A stretch of DNA of 64,000 bases from an uncultured virus (IMG/VR IMGVR_UViG_3300028299_000005) (IMGVR_UViG_3300028299_000005), one strand, 5' to 3'. Counted from the first letter of the stretch, positions 31,653 to 40,097 are shown. A program made the numbers and translations. Notes: generated by a model not told the origin, from the sequence alone.

Positions 31653-31653
31653 T

Positions 31654-31727
31654 TGAGCCAGAGGCGAGATTTAAACTTGCATGACCCTACTTACGAAGTA
31701 GGTACCTAATCGTTCGGCCACTCTGGC
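31654..31727 (-). tRNA. tRNA-Thr(CGT)
   Basis: CCTAC-TTCGTAA-GTAGG. Confidence 0.8.
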
Positions 31728-31730
31728 AAT

Positions 31731-31806
31731 TGGTTGCGGGAGGGGGACTCGAACCCCCGACCTTCAGGTTATGAGCCTGACAAGCTGCCGCTGCTAATAC
31801 CCCGCT
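31731..31806 (-). tRNA. tRNA-Met(CAT), initiator-like
   Basis: TCAGG-CTCATAA-CCTGA; 1:72 mismatch; encoded CCA. Confidence 0.9.
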
Positions 31807-31807
31807 A

Positions 31808-31882
31808 GTGCACCTGAGAGGGTACGATCCTCCACCTTATCGGTTAAAAGCCGAGTACTCTATCCATTTGAGTTACAGGTGC
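31808..31882 (-). tRNA. tRNA-Lys(TTT)
   Basis: TCGG-CTTTTAA-CCGA. Confidence 0.85.
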
Positions 31883-31901
31883 AATAATACTTTATATTTT
31901 T

Positions 31902-31975
31902 TGAGCCAGAGACAGGGGTCAAACCTGCATAATTCTTCTTACAGGGAAGGTGCTTAGTCATTCGGCCACTCTGGC
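31902..31975 (-). tRNA. tRNA-Thr(TGT)
   Basis: Loop CC-TGT-AA. Confidence 0.8.
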
Positions 31976-31980
31976 AATAT

Positions 31981-32712
31981 CTAATTATATTTTCTTTCTA
32001 TGGGATTTTCATTAAAGAAAAGCCCTTCATCAATTTCTTGTTTAATTTTACGTTTATCTGCAGCTTTTTCATATTGTTTTTGAATTTCTTTATAGGGATC
32101 AGTATAATTAAAACGATCTACTAAACGTGCACCGCGCCCCTGATGCCACAATTTACTATGTAATCTATTTATTTCAGAATCAATTTCACCTTGCGGCAAC
32201 CTTTGATGTGTTAGATAATCATGTTCTATTTTAAAAACAAACATCCAACTAAATCTGAATTTATAAGCAAAAATTGAAACATTGTCCCACGGACGTTTTT
32301 CTAGCTCAATTCTTTTAAAATATCGTTGAAGGTGCTCAGGTACTTTTTTCCAATCTTTTTCTTCCACACACTCTAATTTTTGTTCAATTTTTTTGTGTAC
32401 CCATTCAGAAAATCCGGATCCTGTGCGTTTAATAAATTTTTGTTTCTTTTTAAACTTTTTAGTGCGAGACCACCATTGGTTTTGTAGAAAATTATCAAGT
32501 AGAAATTGCATATCTTTTGCTTTTTTTGAGCGAGATACATCGTCTCGTAAAACAAAATATCTTAAATAACCATTTGGAACAGGTTTATCTAATTCAACCC
32601 ATACTTCACTTTCTCTACGTTTACTCCAAAGTTCGCTGTACTTATTATAATCTCGAATATACTCTTTTTCTTTTTCGGCGTAATACTGTTTACGACTCTC
32701 ACGTCTACTCAT
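31981..32712 (-). CDS. Hypothetical basic protein
   Basis: 243-aa ORF within the tRNA region. Confidence 0.7.
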   Translation of the reverse strand: MSRRESRKQYYAEKEKEYIRDYNKYSELWSKRRESEVWVELDKPVPNGYLRYFVLRDDVSRSKKAKDMQFLLDNFLQNQWWSRTKKFKKKQKFIKRTGSGFSEWVHKKIEQKLECVEEKDWKKVPEHLQRYFKRIELEKRPWDNVSIFAYKFRFSWMFVFKIEHDYLTHQRLPQGEIDSEINRLHSKLWHQGRGARLVDRFNYTDPYKEIQKQYEKAADKRKIKQEIDEGLFFNENPIERKYN

Positions 32713-32749
32713 TTATAATATCCTATGGTTAGAATTAAGTAGTAACTAC

Positions 32750-32824
32750 TGGCAGGCACGCGAGGACTTGAACCCCGATTCGCAAGTTTTGGAGACTTGT
32801 GTGTTACCATTACACTACGCGCCT
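32750..32824 (-). tRNA. tRNA-Trp(CCA)
   Basis: CAAGT-CTCCAAA-ACTTG; encoded CCA. Confidence 0.9.
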
Positions 32825-32827
32825 AAT

Positions 32828-32902
32828 TGGAGCACCCGACAGGATTCAAACCTGCATGTCATGGATTTGCAGTCCAGAGCCTGGTCATTCAGCCACGAGT
32901 GC
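32828..32902 (-). tRNA. tRNA-Cys(GCA)
   Basis: Loop CT-GCA-AA. Confidence 0.88.
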
Positions 32903-33012
32903 ATACCTAACAGGATAGACATAGTTTCTGAGTCCAGGTTCATACGAATTTATAGTTCGCGACTTCACTTCGTTTCCTATGTCAGCCCAAGTCTGTTTTC
33001 TATCCTGTTAGT

Positions 33013-33085
33013 TGAGCAATAGGAGAGTATCGATCTCTCGTCCCGACGTTGGCAACGTCGTATTCTACCATTGAACTACTACTGC
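33013..33085 (-). tRNA. tRNA-Gly(GCC)
   Basis: CGACG-TTGCCAA-CGTCG. Confidence 0.85.
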
Positions 33086-33089
33086 GATT

Positions 33090-33656
33090 TTATTTAGTAC
33101 GACGATTAGCAACACGGCTTGCAACCCATCCTTCGGGTTTCACTATTCCTACAAAACCGTGCGCACTAATTGTTCCTAAAACACCAGCTACAACTGAATT
33201 TGATAAATACTTTTTATCTCTATTTAAATCTGCATGCAGTGTTTCGATTTCATGTATACCTAAACCTATTTTATTTAATTCAGGATTTAGCCACATTGCT
33301 ACTTTAATACTATCATATGCTTCTTCAATAAGTCGAGTACGATTATCAAGTCGTTTACCATCTATATAATGTTTTTTATAAATTTTATAGTATACACGTC
33401 CGCCTGCACCTACACGCCATAGAGCAACAGCTGTAACAAACTTAGTATAATATTGATATGCTTGACTATCTGTTCCTACAATAATACGTATTTCACGACC
33501 TTTCTCAGTAACTGCAACATCTTTAAATATTTCTTCAGGTAAACTTTCTATGCCTGTATTATATAAATCCATTCTATGCCAGCGCCATATAGATGCATCT
33601 TTCGTCATCGTCCGCACATAATTATCTTCTAGTTGGTATACCATTTTTTTCTCCAT
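33090..33656 (-). CDS. RNase H-like YkuK-family protein
   Basis: IIVGTDSQ...RLIEEA...LHADLN...ASRVAN. Confidence 0.75.
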   Translation of the reverse strand: MEKKMVYQLEDNYVRTMTKDASIWRWHRMDLYNTGIESLPEEIFKDVAVTEKGREIRIIVGTDSQAYQYYTKFVTAVALWRVGAGGRVYYKIYKKHYIDGKRLDNRTRLIEEAYDSIKVAMWLNPELNKIGLGIHEIETLHADLNRDKKYLSNSVVAGVLGTISAHGFVGIVKPEGWVASRVANRRTK

Positions 33657-33664
33657 TTGTATTC

Positions 33665-33738
33665 AGAGCCCCTAGTCGGTCTCAAACCGGCAAACGCAGC
33701 TTGGAAGGCTGATATGTTATCAATTACATCATAGAGGC
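33665..33738 (-). tRNA. tRNA-Gly(TCC)
   Basis: Loop CT-TCC-AA. Confidence 0.8.
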
Positions 33739-33741
33739 ATA

Positions 33742-33813
33742 GTGGGGACAGCAGGTATTGATCCTACGTCGCGTGTGTATCAGACACGTGCTCTACTATT
33801 GAACTATATCCCC
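33742..33813 (-). tRNA. tRNA-Ile(GAT)
   Basis: CGTGT-CTGATAC-ACACG. Confidence 0.82.
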
Positions 33814-33816
33814 TAT

Positions 33817-33902
33817 TGGAGGAGGGTAGAAGGATCGAACTCCGAGATATCACTCTCCCCTGGATTTCAAGTCCAGTTGCATACCGTTACGCAGTACCCT
33901 CC
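33817..33902 (-). tRNA. tRNA-Ser(TGA)
   Basis: CTGGA-CTTGAAA-TCCAG; long variable arm. Confidence 0.88.
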
Positions 33903-33904
33903 AA

Positions 33905-34002
33905 AAACGCTTAGGAAAACAAGATCGCTATTTGTTCGATTAATAGTCGAATGCTGTTGCCAGCATTATAGAAGGAAGCGATTCCTCATAGCCTTTGCGT
34001 TT
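33905..34002 (-). ncRNA. GGCUAU/UCCUUCUA motif RNA, copy 4
   Basis: AAACGC-..GGCTAT-..ATCGCT-TCCTTCTA-two hairpins-TAGCGAT-..TTTCC-..GCGTTT. Confidence 0.75.
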
Positions 34003-34021
34003 AAATAAAATTGAAACAGTG

Positions 34022-34231
34022 CTAAATTACTTTTACGTTATTAGCAGCTTCACCTTTTTCAGTAGTTTCTACATCAAATTCAACTTTTGCATTTTCTTTC
34101 AAAGTTTTGAAACCATCTGCTATAATTGAACTATGATGCACAAACAAGTCATTGCCTTTATCACGAGTGATAAAGCCAAATCCTTTACTATCGTTGAACC
34201 ATTTTACTGTTCCAACTTCTTTTTTTGTCAT
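34022..34231 (-). CDS. Cold-shock protein (CspA family)
   Basis: GTVKWFNDSKGFGFI...LFVHHS...GFKTL. Confidence 0.95.
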   Translation of the reverse strand: MTKKEVGTVKWFNDSKGFGFITRDKGNDLFVHHSSIIADGFKTLKENAKVEFDVETTEKGEAANNVKVI

Positions 34232-34311
34232 CTGTATATTTCCTACTTGTTTATTGTTATTACTCAATAGATATTAATACCATTTGCATAAACGAAAATC
34301 ATCCTTGAGAT

Positions 34312-34397
34312 TGCGGAAGATATAGGATTTAAACCTATGGAGATATTACTCTCACGGTTTAGCAAACCGCTGCATTATCTGACTCTGCCAATCTTCC
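34312..34397 (-). tRNA. tRNA-Ser(GCT)
   Basis: Loop TT-GCT-AA; long variable arm. Confidence 0.85.
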
Positions 34398-34402
34398 AGT
34401 TT

Positions 34403-34942
34403 TTATGTTATTTTTAAATAATCGAGTATATCTTGATACCCCTCTACGCGTGTTCCTGCATATTTTCTATATACATTTGAAGGTCTTGTAAATAACAAAT
34501 CTATTCCTGGTCTGCAATTCTCAAATTTATCATCTATAAGGATTCCAGGAATTATATGTTTATCTAATTTTATAGAATATATCAAATAATCATATTTTAT
34601 CTTATATTTATCTAACCACTCTACCGTAAATTTAAATGTTTCTGAATTTTGATGTGTATTTAAAATTACTATATATCCTTGCTTTCTTAATTTTTTAATA
34701 AATTGTGAAGCACCTTCAAAAGGCTTTGCATTGTCTAAAAATACTTCCTTTGCTTTTTTATGAAATAAAAAGTTAAGCAATTCTTTTTTTGGTATTAGGG
34801 GATAATGCTTTTCTATATTCCATTCAGTTGTTGTATTTAAATTTTTTGGAATTTTATCTGGATAATATTTTCTTAATGTTACATGTGCTGATTTTAAGAA
34901 ATATCTTATAACTCCGTCTATGTCTACATTTATTACTTTCAT
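34403..34942 (-). CDS. HAD-family 5'(3')-deoxyribonucleotidase-like protein
   Basis: VDIDGV...LIDD...PSN. Confidence 0.8.
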   Translation of the reverse strand: MKVINVDIDGVIRYFLKSAHVTLRKYYPDKIPKNLNTTTEWNIEKHYPLIPKKELLNFLFHKKAKEVFLDNAKPFEGASQFIKKLRKQGYIVILNTHQNSETFKFTVEWLDKYKIKYDYLIYSIKLDKHIIPGILIDDKFENCRPGIDLLFTRPSNVYRKYAGTRVEGYQDILDYLKIT

Positions 34943-34963
34943 TTTATGTTTCTTTTTTTTATT

Positions 34964-35038
34964 TGGGTGACCGAGCGGTTACGATCCGCCTACCCCCAGG
35001 GCCACATCCTGGTGCTCTTCCGAGTGAGCTACGGTCAC
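34964..35038 (-). tRNA. tRNA-His(GTG)
   Basis: CCAGG-ATGTGGC-CCTGG. Confidence 0.82.
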
Positions 35039-35039
35039 A

Positions 35040-35121
35040 GTACTCGAGGAGGGACTTGAACCCTCATGCCTAAAGGCACAGGTTTTTAAGACCTGCATGT
35101 CTGCCATTCCATCACCCGAGC
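35040..35121 (-). tRNA. tRNA-Leu(TAA)
   Basis: CAGGT-CTTAAAA-ACCTG. Confidence 0.9.
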
Positions 35122-35128
35122 AATTTTG

Positions 35129-35326
35129 TTAATACTCTAATTCTACGTTACTTTCTAAAATTCTTACAAGTTCTTGTAAAGATTTAAATTCAATTCCAAT
35201 CAAATCGCTTTCACTATTATAATGAAAAATAAAAGTCTCATCTTTACTGGGAATTGATTTTATTCCTTTTGGATATTCGAGCTGTATATAGCCTTCATCA
35301 GTTGTTTCGTCGTACGTTATGTCCAT
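35129..35326 (-). CDS. DUF2283-like small protein
   Basis: MDITYDETTDEGYIQL...LIGIEF. Confidence 0.55.
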   Translation of the reverse strand: MDITYDETTDEGYIQLEYPKGIKSIPSKDETFIFHYNSESDLIGIEFKSLQELVRILESNVELEY

Positions 35327-35389
35327 ATTCTTATTAAAATTTAAATTTTCATCACTTGTTCTTATACCAAGTATTTTATTATAAATCGT

Positions 35390-35464
35390 TGTACCCCGTG
35401 ATGGTTTCGCTCCATCTACCCTCTGCATGTAAAACAGATGCTCTCCTAATTGAGCTAACGGGGC
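35390..35464 (-). tRNA. tRNA-Val(TAC)
   Basis: Loop TT-TAC-AT. Confidence 0.82.
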
Positions 35465-35466
35465 AT

Positions 35467-35541
35467 TGCGCCAACGGAAGGATTCAAACCTTCATTCCTT
35501 CGGTTAACAGCCGACAGCTTTATCAAATTAGCTACGTTGGC
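35467..35541 (-). tRNA. tRNA-Asn(GTT)
   Basis: Loop CT-GTT-AA. Confidence 0.85.
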
Positions 35542-35543
35542 AA

Positions 35544-35629
35544 TGTGCTCACAGCAGGCATCGAACCTGCACGTATATTTCAACACTAGCTTTTGAAACT
35601 AGCGCGCCTACCTATTACGCCATGTGAGC
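35544..35629 (-). tRNA. tRNA-Leu(CAA)
   Basis: CTAGT-TTCAAAA-GCTAG; long variable arm. Confidence 0.85.
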
Positions 35630-35703
35630 GTGGAAGCTCCCGGTTACGCTCCGGATTCTTCGGTTCTTCAGACCGACGCAATAACTATATCTGCAAAACT
35701 TCC
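35630..35703 (-). tRNA. tRNA-Phe(GAA)
   Basis: TCGGT-CTGAAGA-ACCGA. Confidence 0.78.
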
Positions 35704-35707
35704 AATT

Positions 35708-35792
35708 TGTGCCTTAGGTTTGATTCGAGCAAACAGAGTCCGAAGACAGATGATCTACAGTCACCCCCAGCCCCTTACTGGTCTACTAAGGC
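35708..35792 (-). tRNA. tRNA-Tyr(GTA)
   Basis: Loop CT-GTA-GA; long variable arm. Confidence 0.78.
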
Positions 35793-35799
35793 AATACTA

Positions 35800-36420
35800 T
35801 TATATTGTTTTATTTGCTTTTAAATGTTTTTTATAAGCAATTAAATTTTGAATTTCGCAATTTTGCCTATAAAATTTGTCTTGTTTTGCAAGTATCTTAT
35901 TAGTATTTATTGTTTCTAAAATATACTCCGCCATTATTTGTGTTTTTTTAGAAGGTAATTTTGTATAAAATTTTGCTATAGAACCTTTTTCATAGGGCCA
36001 AACAAGCAAATAATAAAAGAATGAGTCACAGTTTTTTAATTGAATACGCATTGAAAATGTGGCATCCATAATAATCCAAACAGGTCTTGTTTCTTCAGGT
36101 GCTTTCATGATTAAGGACCAATGTTTAGTTGGGCATTCAAATTTTATTCCTGAAACCATTGTGCATGGCGGAATAACAAATGGCCATGTTCTTTTTTTCT
36201 CTTCTTCAGATAATAAGTAATGATAAATAAATTCCGAAAGTCTATAACTATTATATACCCATTTTCCCAAAAAAACCCAATCGTTTTTTGGTGTATGTCT
36301 TAATTCAGGAAGTATGTACATAGCCTGTTTTACTAATTTTAAGTCCACAATAAAATTCCATAAAAAAGGATTTACCACTTCATATTCACTAATCGTTATC
36401 AATGGTTTTTTATTTTCCAT
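35800..36420 (-). CDS. Hypothetical protein
   Basis: Start trimmed to ATG 36420 because the longer ORF runs through tRNA genes. Confidence 0.6.
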   Translation of the reverse strand: MENKKPLITISEYEVVNPFLWNFIVDLKLVKQAMYILPELRHTPKNDWVFLGKWVYNSYRLSEFIYHYLLSEEEKKRTWPFVIPPCTMVSGIKFECPTKHWSLIMKAPEETRPVWIIMDATFSMRIQLKNCDSFFYYLLVWPYEKGSIAKFYTKLPSKKTQIMAEYILETINTNKILAKQDKFYRQNCEIQNLIAYKKHLKANKTI

Positions 36421-36433
36421 GTTTTTTTTGGTT

Positions 36434-36519
36434 TGTACCGGAGACAGGCTTCGAACCTGCATGTTTGTTTCAACACTAGCTTCTAAGACTAGCGAGTATT
36501 CCTGTTCCTCCACTCCGGC
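36434..36519 (-). tRNA. tRNA-Leu(TAG)
   Basis: Loop CT-TAG-AA. Confidence 0.85.
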
Positions 36520-36521
36520 AT

Positions 36522-36600
36522 TGCGGGGCATGTGGGTAACGATCCCACCTGATTTCCAACTTGACGGGCTGGCGACCACAACCATGTAGTCCTATGCCCC
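36522..36600 (-). tRNA. tRNA-Asp(GTC)
   Basis: Loop CC-GTC-AA. Confidence 0.8.
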
Positions 36601-36604
36601 AATA

Positions 36605-36677
36605 GTACTCTCGAACGGAATCGAGCCGTTATCACAGATTTAGGAAATCCATATACTGTCCATTATACTACGAGAGT
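36605..36677 (-). tRNA. tRNA-Arg(CCT)
   Basis: Loop TT-CCT-AA. Confidence 0.8.
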
Positions 36678-36684
36678 AATTTTA

Positions 36685-37491
36685 TTAATCTTCTTTTATT
36701 AACGTGCAATGACCATCTTTAATTATTAAAGCATTTAATAAACCACCACCTTTAGAACCGCCGTCAATTAAATATCTTTTTACGCCCTTTTCAGTATATA
36801 ATATTGGTCCACGTGGGGTATGTCCACAAATAAATATTCTATCACCAAAAATGTCTTTATAACAATCGAGTAAAGATTTTACACTGGTTCTATAAAAATC
36901 ACGATCCCACAAAATATTATATATTGGATATTCTGAATTATATCCTGTAGATTGATACATTGTCGTAGAACTTATAGGATATTTTAAACTAAATTCTTCC
37001 AAGGGTGCATTTTCATATACACCTAACATATCATGTGAATTAATAAAACCACCATGTACAACAACAACCTCATCATCATAATAACTTGGCCACAAACCTT
37101 CTAAAAACTCAACATGACTTTTTAAAATTTGATGTTTTACTTTGTTAAATAAAAGTTCTATTTGTCGTCCTTTTATATCATAACTTAATAAAGTTGCTTT
37201 GCCGCCTTGATTATACCAGACACTCAGAGGCTCTACATTTTTTTGTTGAATCCAATCTAACATCCACCAATCATGATTCCCTATCAATTTTATAATGTTT
37301 TTGTTTTCATCTTGAAGCTTTATAATATTATTTATAGTTTTCTTAACACTAAAATCTTCTCCAAGAGAACCATCAATATAATCTCCTACAAAAATTACTT
37401 GATCTGCAGCTGGATCGTATTTACTTTTGGCTAAAATACAATCTATTCCTCCAAAATTTCCATGCAAGTCACCAATAATTATTTTTCTCAT
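36685..37491 (-). CDS. Calcineurin-like metallophosphoesterase
   Basis: GDLHG, GDYID, GNHD, VHGG, GHTP. Confidence 0.92.
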   Translation of the reverse strand: MRKIIIGDLHGNFGGIDCILAKSKYDPAADQVIFVGDYIDGSLGEDFSVKKTINNIIKLQDENKNIIKLIGNHDWWMLDWIQQKNVEPLSVWYNQGGKATLLSYDIKGRQIELLFNKVKHQILKSHVEFLEGLWPSYYDDEVVVVHGGFINSHDMLGVYENAPLEEFSLKYPISSTTMYQSTGYNSEYPIYNILWDRDFYRTSVKSLLDCYKDIFGDRIFICGHTPRGPILYTEKGVKRYLIDGGSKGGGLLNALIIKDGHCTLIKED

Positions 37492-37510
37492 ATTTTACCT
37501 TTATTTTTTT

Positions 37511-37584
37511 GTACTCTCGAGAGGACTCAAACCCCTATAATAGGCTTAGAAGGCCTATGTACTCTTCAATTGTACGACGAGAGC
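37511..37584 (-). tRNA. tRNA-Arg(TCT)
   Basis: TAGGC-CTTCTAA-GCCTA. Confidence 0.85.
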
Positions 37585-37586
37585 AA

Positions 37587-37661
37587 GTGGAACCAGTAGG
37601 TCACGATCCTACAATCTTCGGCTTAAGAGGCCGCTGCAGTGTCCAATTTTGCTATGGTTCC
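37587..37661 (-). tRNA. tRNA-Lys(CTT)
   Basis: Loop CT-CTT-AA. Confidence 0.8.
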
Positions 37662-37735
37662 TGAAATATTCTGCTTCAGACATAAAAAAGAATTTAGATA
37701 TCTAATACCCTTTATACCCCATATCAAGGGACAGT

Positions 37736-37811
37736 TGTACCCTCTGGAGGATTCAAACCCCACATCTCGTGGTCCGTGGCCACGTGTTCTATTCAACTGA
37801 ACTAAGAGGGC
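37736..37811 (-). tRNA. tRNA-Arg(ACG)
   Basis: CGTGG-CCACGGA-CCACG. Confidence 0.85.
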
Positions 37812-37913
37812 AAATATGCCGGACTGTCAGAGTTTCACTGGCTATTTACATTAAGATTAGGCTTTATGCTATTACTAACTACCTCTTCCCGCACTCAAGT
37901 GGGTATCCGGCAT

Positions 37914-37986
37914 TGTACTCGCAGAAGGTATTGATCCTCCGTCTGACCCTTATAAGGAGCCGGCTCTACCATTGAGCTATACGAGT
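37914..37986 (-). tRNA. tRNA-Ile(TAT)
   Basis: GGCTC-CTTATAA-GGGTC. Confidence 0.8.
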
Positions 37987-38173
37987 AAAAAATTAGGCAA
38001 CTCTAATAATACTTTATAAAGCACAAATTTTAAAGAGTTATAAAATTAGTAGTAAATTACAGAATATAGGATTTAACTGGATGCTTTTGCTTTAATAAAA
38101 GTAACGGTCCGTTCTCCTAATCATCTCCAAGAATGTATAAAGTTATAAAATACTAAAAGAGATTGCCTAAAAA

Positions 38174-38620
38174 CTATTCTATTTCAATTGTAAGCGTTGC
38201 GTTTGCTGCTTGTAGTTCGTCATTTAATCTATGATATTCTTCCGCCAAAATATCTCTGTATGTACCATCTTTTAATACTGAATGAATTTTTAGTACCAAT
38301 GTGTCCTCTTTGCGGGTATCATAACGAAATGAATGAGAATCTTTCTCAGGTTTTAATGCAGCAATCTCCCGATGCATAACATTCTTCCGAATAAGTTTTT
38401 GAACCAAACCATTCTTTGTATTTACGGTCTGAATGGCCGCCGAAAGGTTACTAATCTTTTCAGCAACGGTGAATATTTTTTTGCGAATTCCAACAAGATC
38501 TGCTTCCCCATCAGGAAGGTAATACATTTTGGAATTCTGAAGCTCTTGTATGAGCTCATTTAATTGAACTTCAAGATGTGCTTTATGTCTTAAAGCTTGT
38601 GATAAAGTATAAGTTGTCAA
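38174..38620 (-). CDS. DIP1984/septicolysin-like coiled-coil protein
   Basis: TLSQALRHKAHL N-terminus and LNDELQAANATLTIE C-terminus. Confidence 0.6.
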   Translation of the reverse strand: MTTYTLSQALRHKAHLEVQLNELIQELQNSKMYYLPDGEADLVGIRKKIFTVAEKISNLSAAIQTVNTKNGLVQKLIRKNVMHREIAALKPEKDSHSFRYDTRKEDTLVLKIHSVLKDGTYRDILAEEYHRLNDELQAANATLTIEIE

Positions 38621-38653
38621 TTAACTTTCCTATGTTTGTTGTTTATAAAATAG

Positions 38654-38730
38654 TGTGGAGCCATTCGGGAACGATCCGAAACCTTCCATCTTGCAAGGAT
38701 GACGCTCTCCCAAAGTTAAGCTATGGCCCC
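38654..38730 (-). tRNA. tRNA-Ala(TGC)
   Basis: Loop CT-TGC-AA; G3-U70. Confidence 0.88.
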
Positions 38731-38801
38731 AATTTTTAGGCCTTCCTGTAAGAAGGCCCATTCGCTTGTTATTATTCATAGCTAACAAGCTTTAGTCATT
38801 C

Positions 38802-39076
38802 AATATTCATAGCCCGGATTCTGTTTATCCTACGATTTCTCTGTTGGCATCTACCTTTGCATTATAGAGCTGCTTTCCCTCTAGCTATTTTGAATTGCTC
38901 CCTTGGAAGTGCGAACGACTATTAAGATGGAACTCGATAACTACTCACCGCTGGCCATATACCATCTTTAGGCACTAAAGAGTAAATTAACAGTCTCCTT
39001 CCGTTAGCAGTGGAGTCCGGAGCTTCCTCTCATCCATCGATAAGTTAACGATGGGTAGAGCCGTAGGTTGAATATT
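38802..39076 (-). ncRNA. rnpB: RNase P RNA (compact)
   Basis: GAGGAAGCTCCGGACTC and ACAGAATCCGGGCTA (P4 strands); terminal P1 AATATTCA/TGAATATT. Confidence 0.8.
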
Positions 39077-39153
39077 TGTAGCCGATAGGGGCGTCGATCC
39101 CCTTTCTTCGAGTTGAAAGCCCGAGGCACTAACCAATCGTATGCTAATCGGCC
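39077..39153 (-). tRNA. tRNA-Glu(TTC)
   Basis: TCGGG-CTTTCAA-CTCGA. Confidence 0.82.
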
Positions 39154-39276
39154 AATTTTTAAATGGGAGGCACTTTTTAACCCATCTGAATTTAATCAGA
39201 CTTTAACAGAATAACGTTTAACGACGCCTCCCATTTGAAGATCCATAAGATCTTATGCCGTTCTTTGTATTCTGTT

Positions 39277-39349
39277 TGTCCGGGTGAGAGGCAACGACCC
39301 TCTACCTACATGGTCCCAAACCATGCGCTCTACCTTAAGCTACACCCAG
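39277..39349 (-). tRNA. tRNA-Pro(TGG)
   Basis: CATGG-TTTGGGA-CCATG. Confidence 0.82.
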
Positions 39350-39403
39350 AATGTTTGTCCACTTTTCAAATAACGTGTGTTGGCGACCAAGCCAGCTATT
39401 GGA

Positions 39404-39432
39404 AATATAAATAATAAAAACTTAATTGTCAA
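39404..39432 (-). promoter_or_regulatory. sigma70-type promoter heading the tRNA/ncRNA operon
   Basis: TTGACA-17 nt-TATATT. Similar sites at 42225-42253, 45967-45996 and 51907-51935. Confidence 0.75.
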
Positions 39433-39580
39433 GTAATCTTTTCAGTTTTACGTTATTTTTTTTCTAAATAACCTGTTTTTTCAAAATACTCCGACAAAAC
39501 ATCTTTAAGTAATAAATAATCTTTTTATAGCAAGAATAACCTTAATAGCCCGCTTTTCAGTTAAGTCTACTTTTTCCATG

Positions 39581-39612
39581 AAAAAAAAGCAGGCCTTGTT
39601 AGACCTGCTTTG
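39581..39612 (-). terminator. Intrinsic terminator
   Basis: AAAGCAGGTCT-AACA-AGGCCTGC followed by a T-run on the minus strand. Confidence 0.75.
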
Positions 39613-39620
39613 ATTGTAAT

Positions 39621-39995
39621 TTACGAATTTTGTTCGTTTTTTGTATTATCTTTTTTAGACTGTAAAATTAACCATTGCTTCTTTAATGATTCAAGGTACG
39701 CGCTTACGCTTCCTTTTTCAGATGGGTACAATTTTGCACCAGTACGATATATTTTTGGAAGATATGCGAGTTTATCACGTCTCTTCACCCACCTTGCTAT
39801 AAAATGTGCTGCTTGTTCGGTATCAACGACAGATACCATCCTTATTTCTGAATTTTCTGCGCGATTTACATAGTCGCCCAAATAGCAAACAACCATGAAA
39901 TTTTCACCTTGTCCCGTAGTTACCGGCTTTCGACTATTTAAATATCCAAATAAACGATCTAAATCCTCGTAACGTTCTGTTTCAAACGTTTCCAT
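39621..39995 (-). CDS. Hypothetical protein
   Basis: 124-aa ORF followed by a terminator. Confidence 0.6.
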   Translation of the reverse strand: METFETERYEDLDRLFGYLNSRKPVTTGQGENFMVVCYLGDYVNRAENSEIRMVSVVDTEQAAHFIARWVKRRDKLAYLPKIYRTGAKLYPSEKGSVSAYLESLKKQWLILQSKKDNTKNEQNS

Positions 39996-40097
39996 AATTA
40001 CTGTCCCTAATTTTCAATTCCGAAAATCGTTCCATCTCCTCGCTTGGGACAATTCAAGCAACTTGATCATATAGTTCTTATACCTAATTCGGTAGAA

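Noticed and set aside
33817..33902. tRNA with TGA anticodon as an opal suppressor
   Set aside because: Anticodon TGA reads TCA (Ser); a suppressor needs anticodon TCA.
27648..34002. AGAAGGAAG...ATAGCC repeats as a CRISPR array
   Set aside because: Dispersed, irregularly spaced and embedded in covarying stems rather than repeat-spacer units.
35544..35629. TTCAAAA loop as a TCA suppressor anticodon
   Set aside because: The 5-bp stem centres the loop on CAA and the long variable arm fits Leu.
32768..37975. Plus-strand ORFs 32768, 33049, 33742, 35356, 35593, 35624, 36314 and 37769
   Set aside because: Antisense shadows of tRNA genes and minus-strand CDS.
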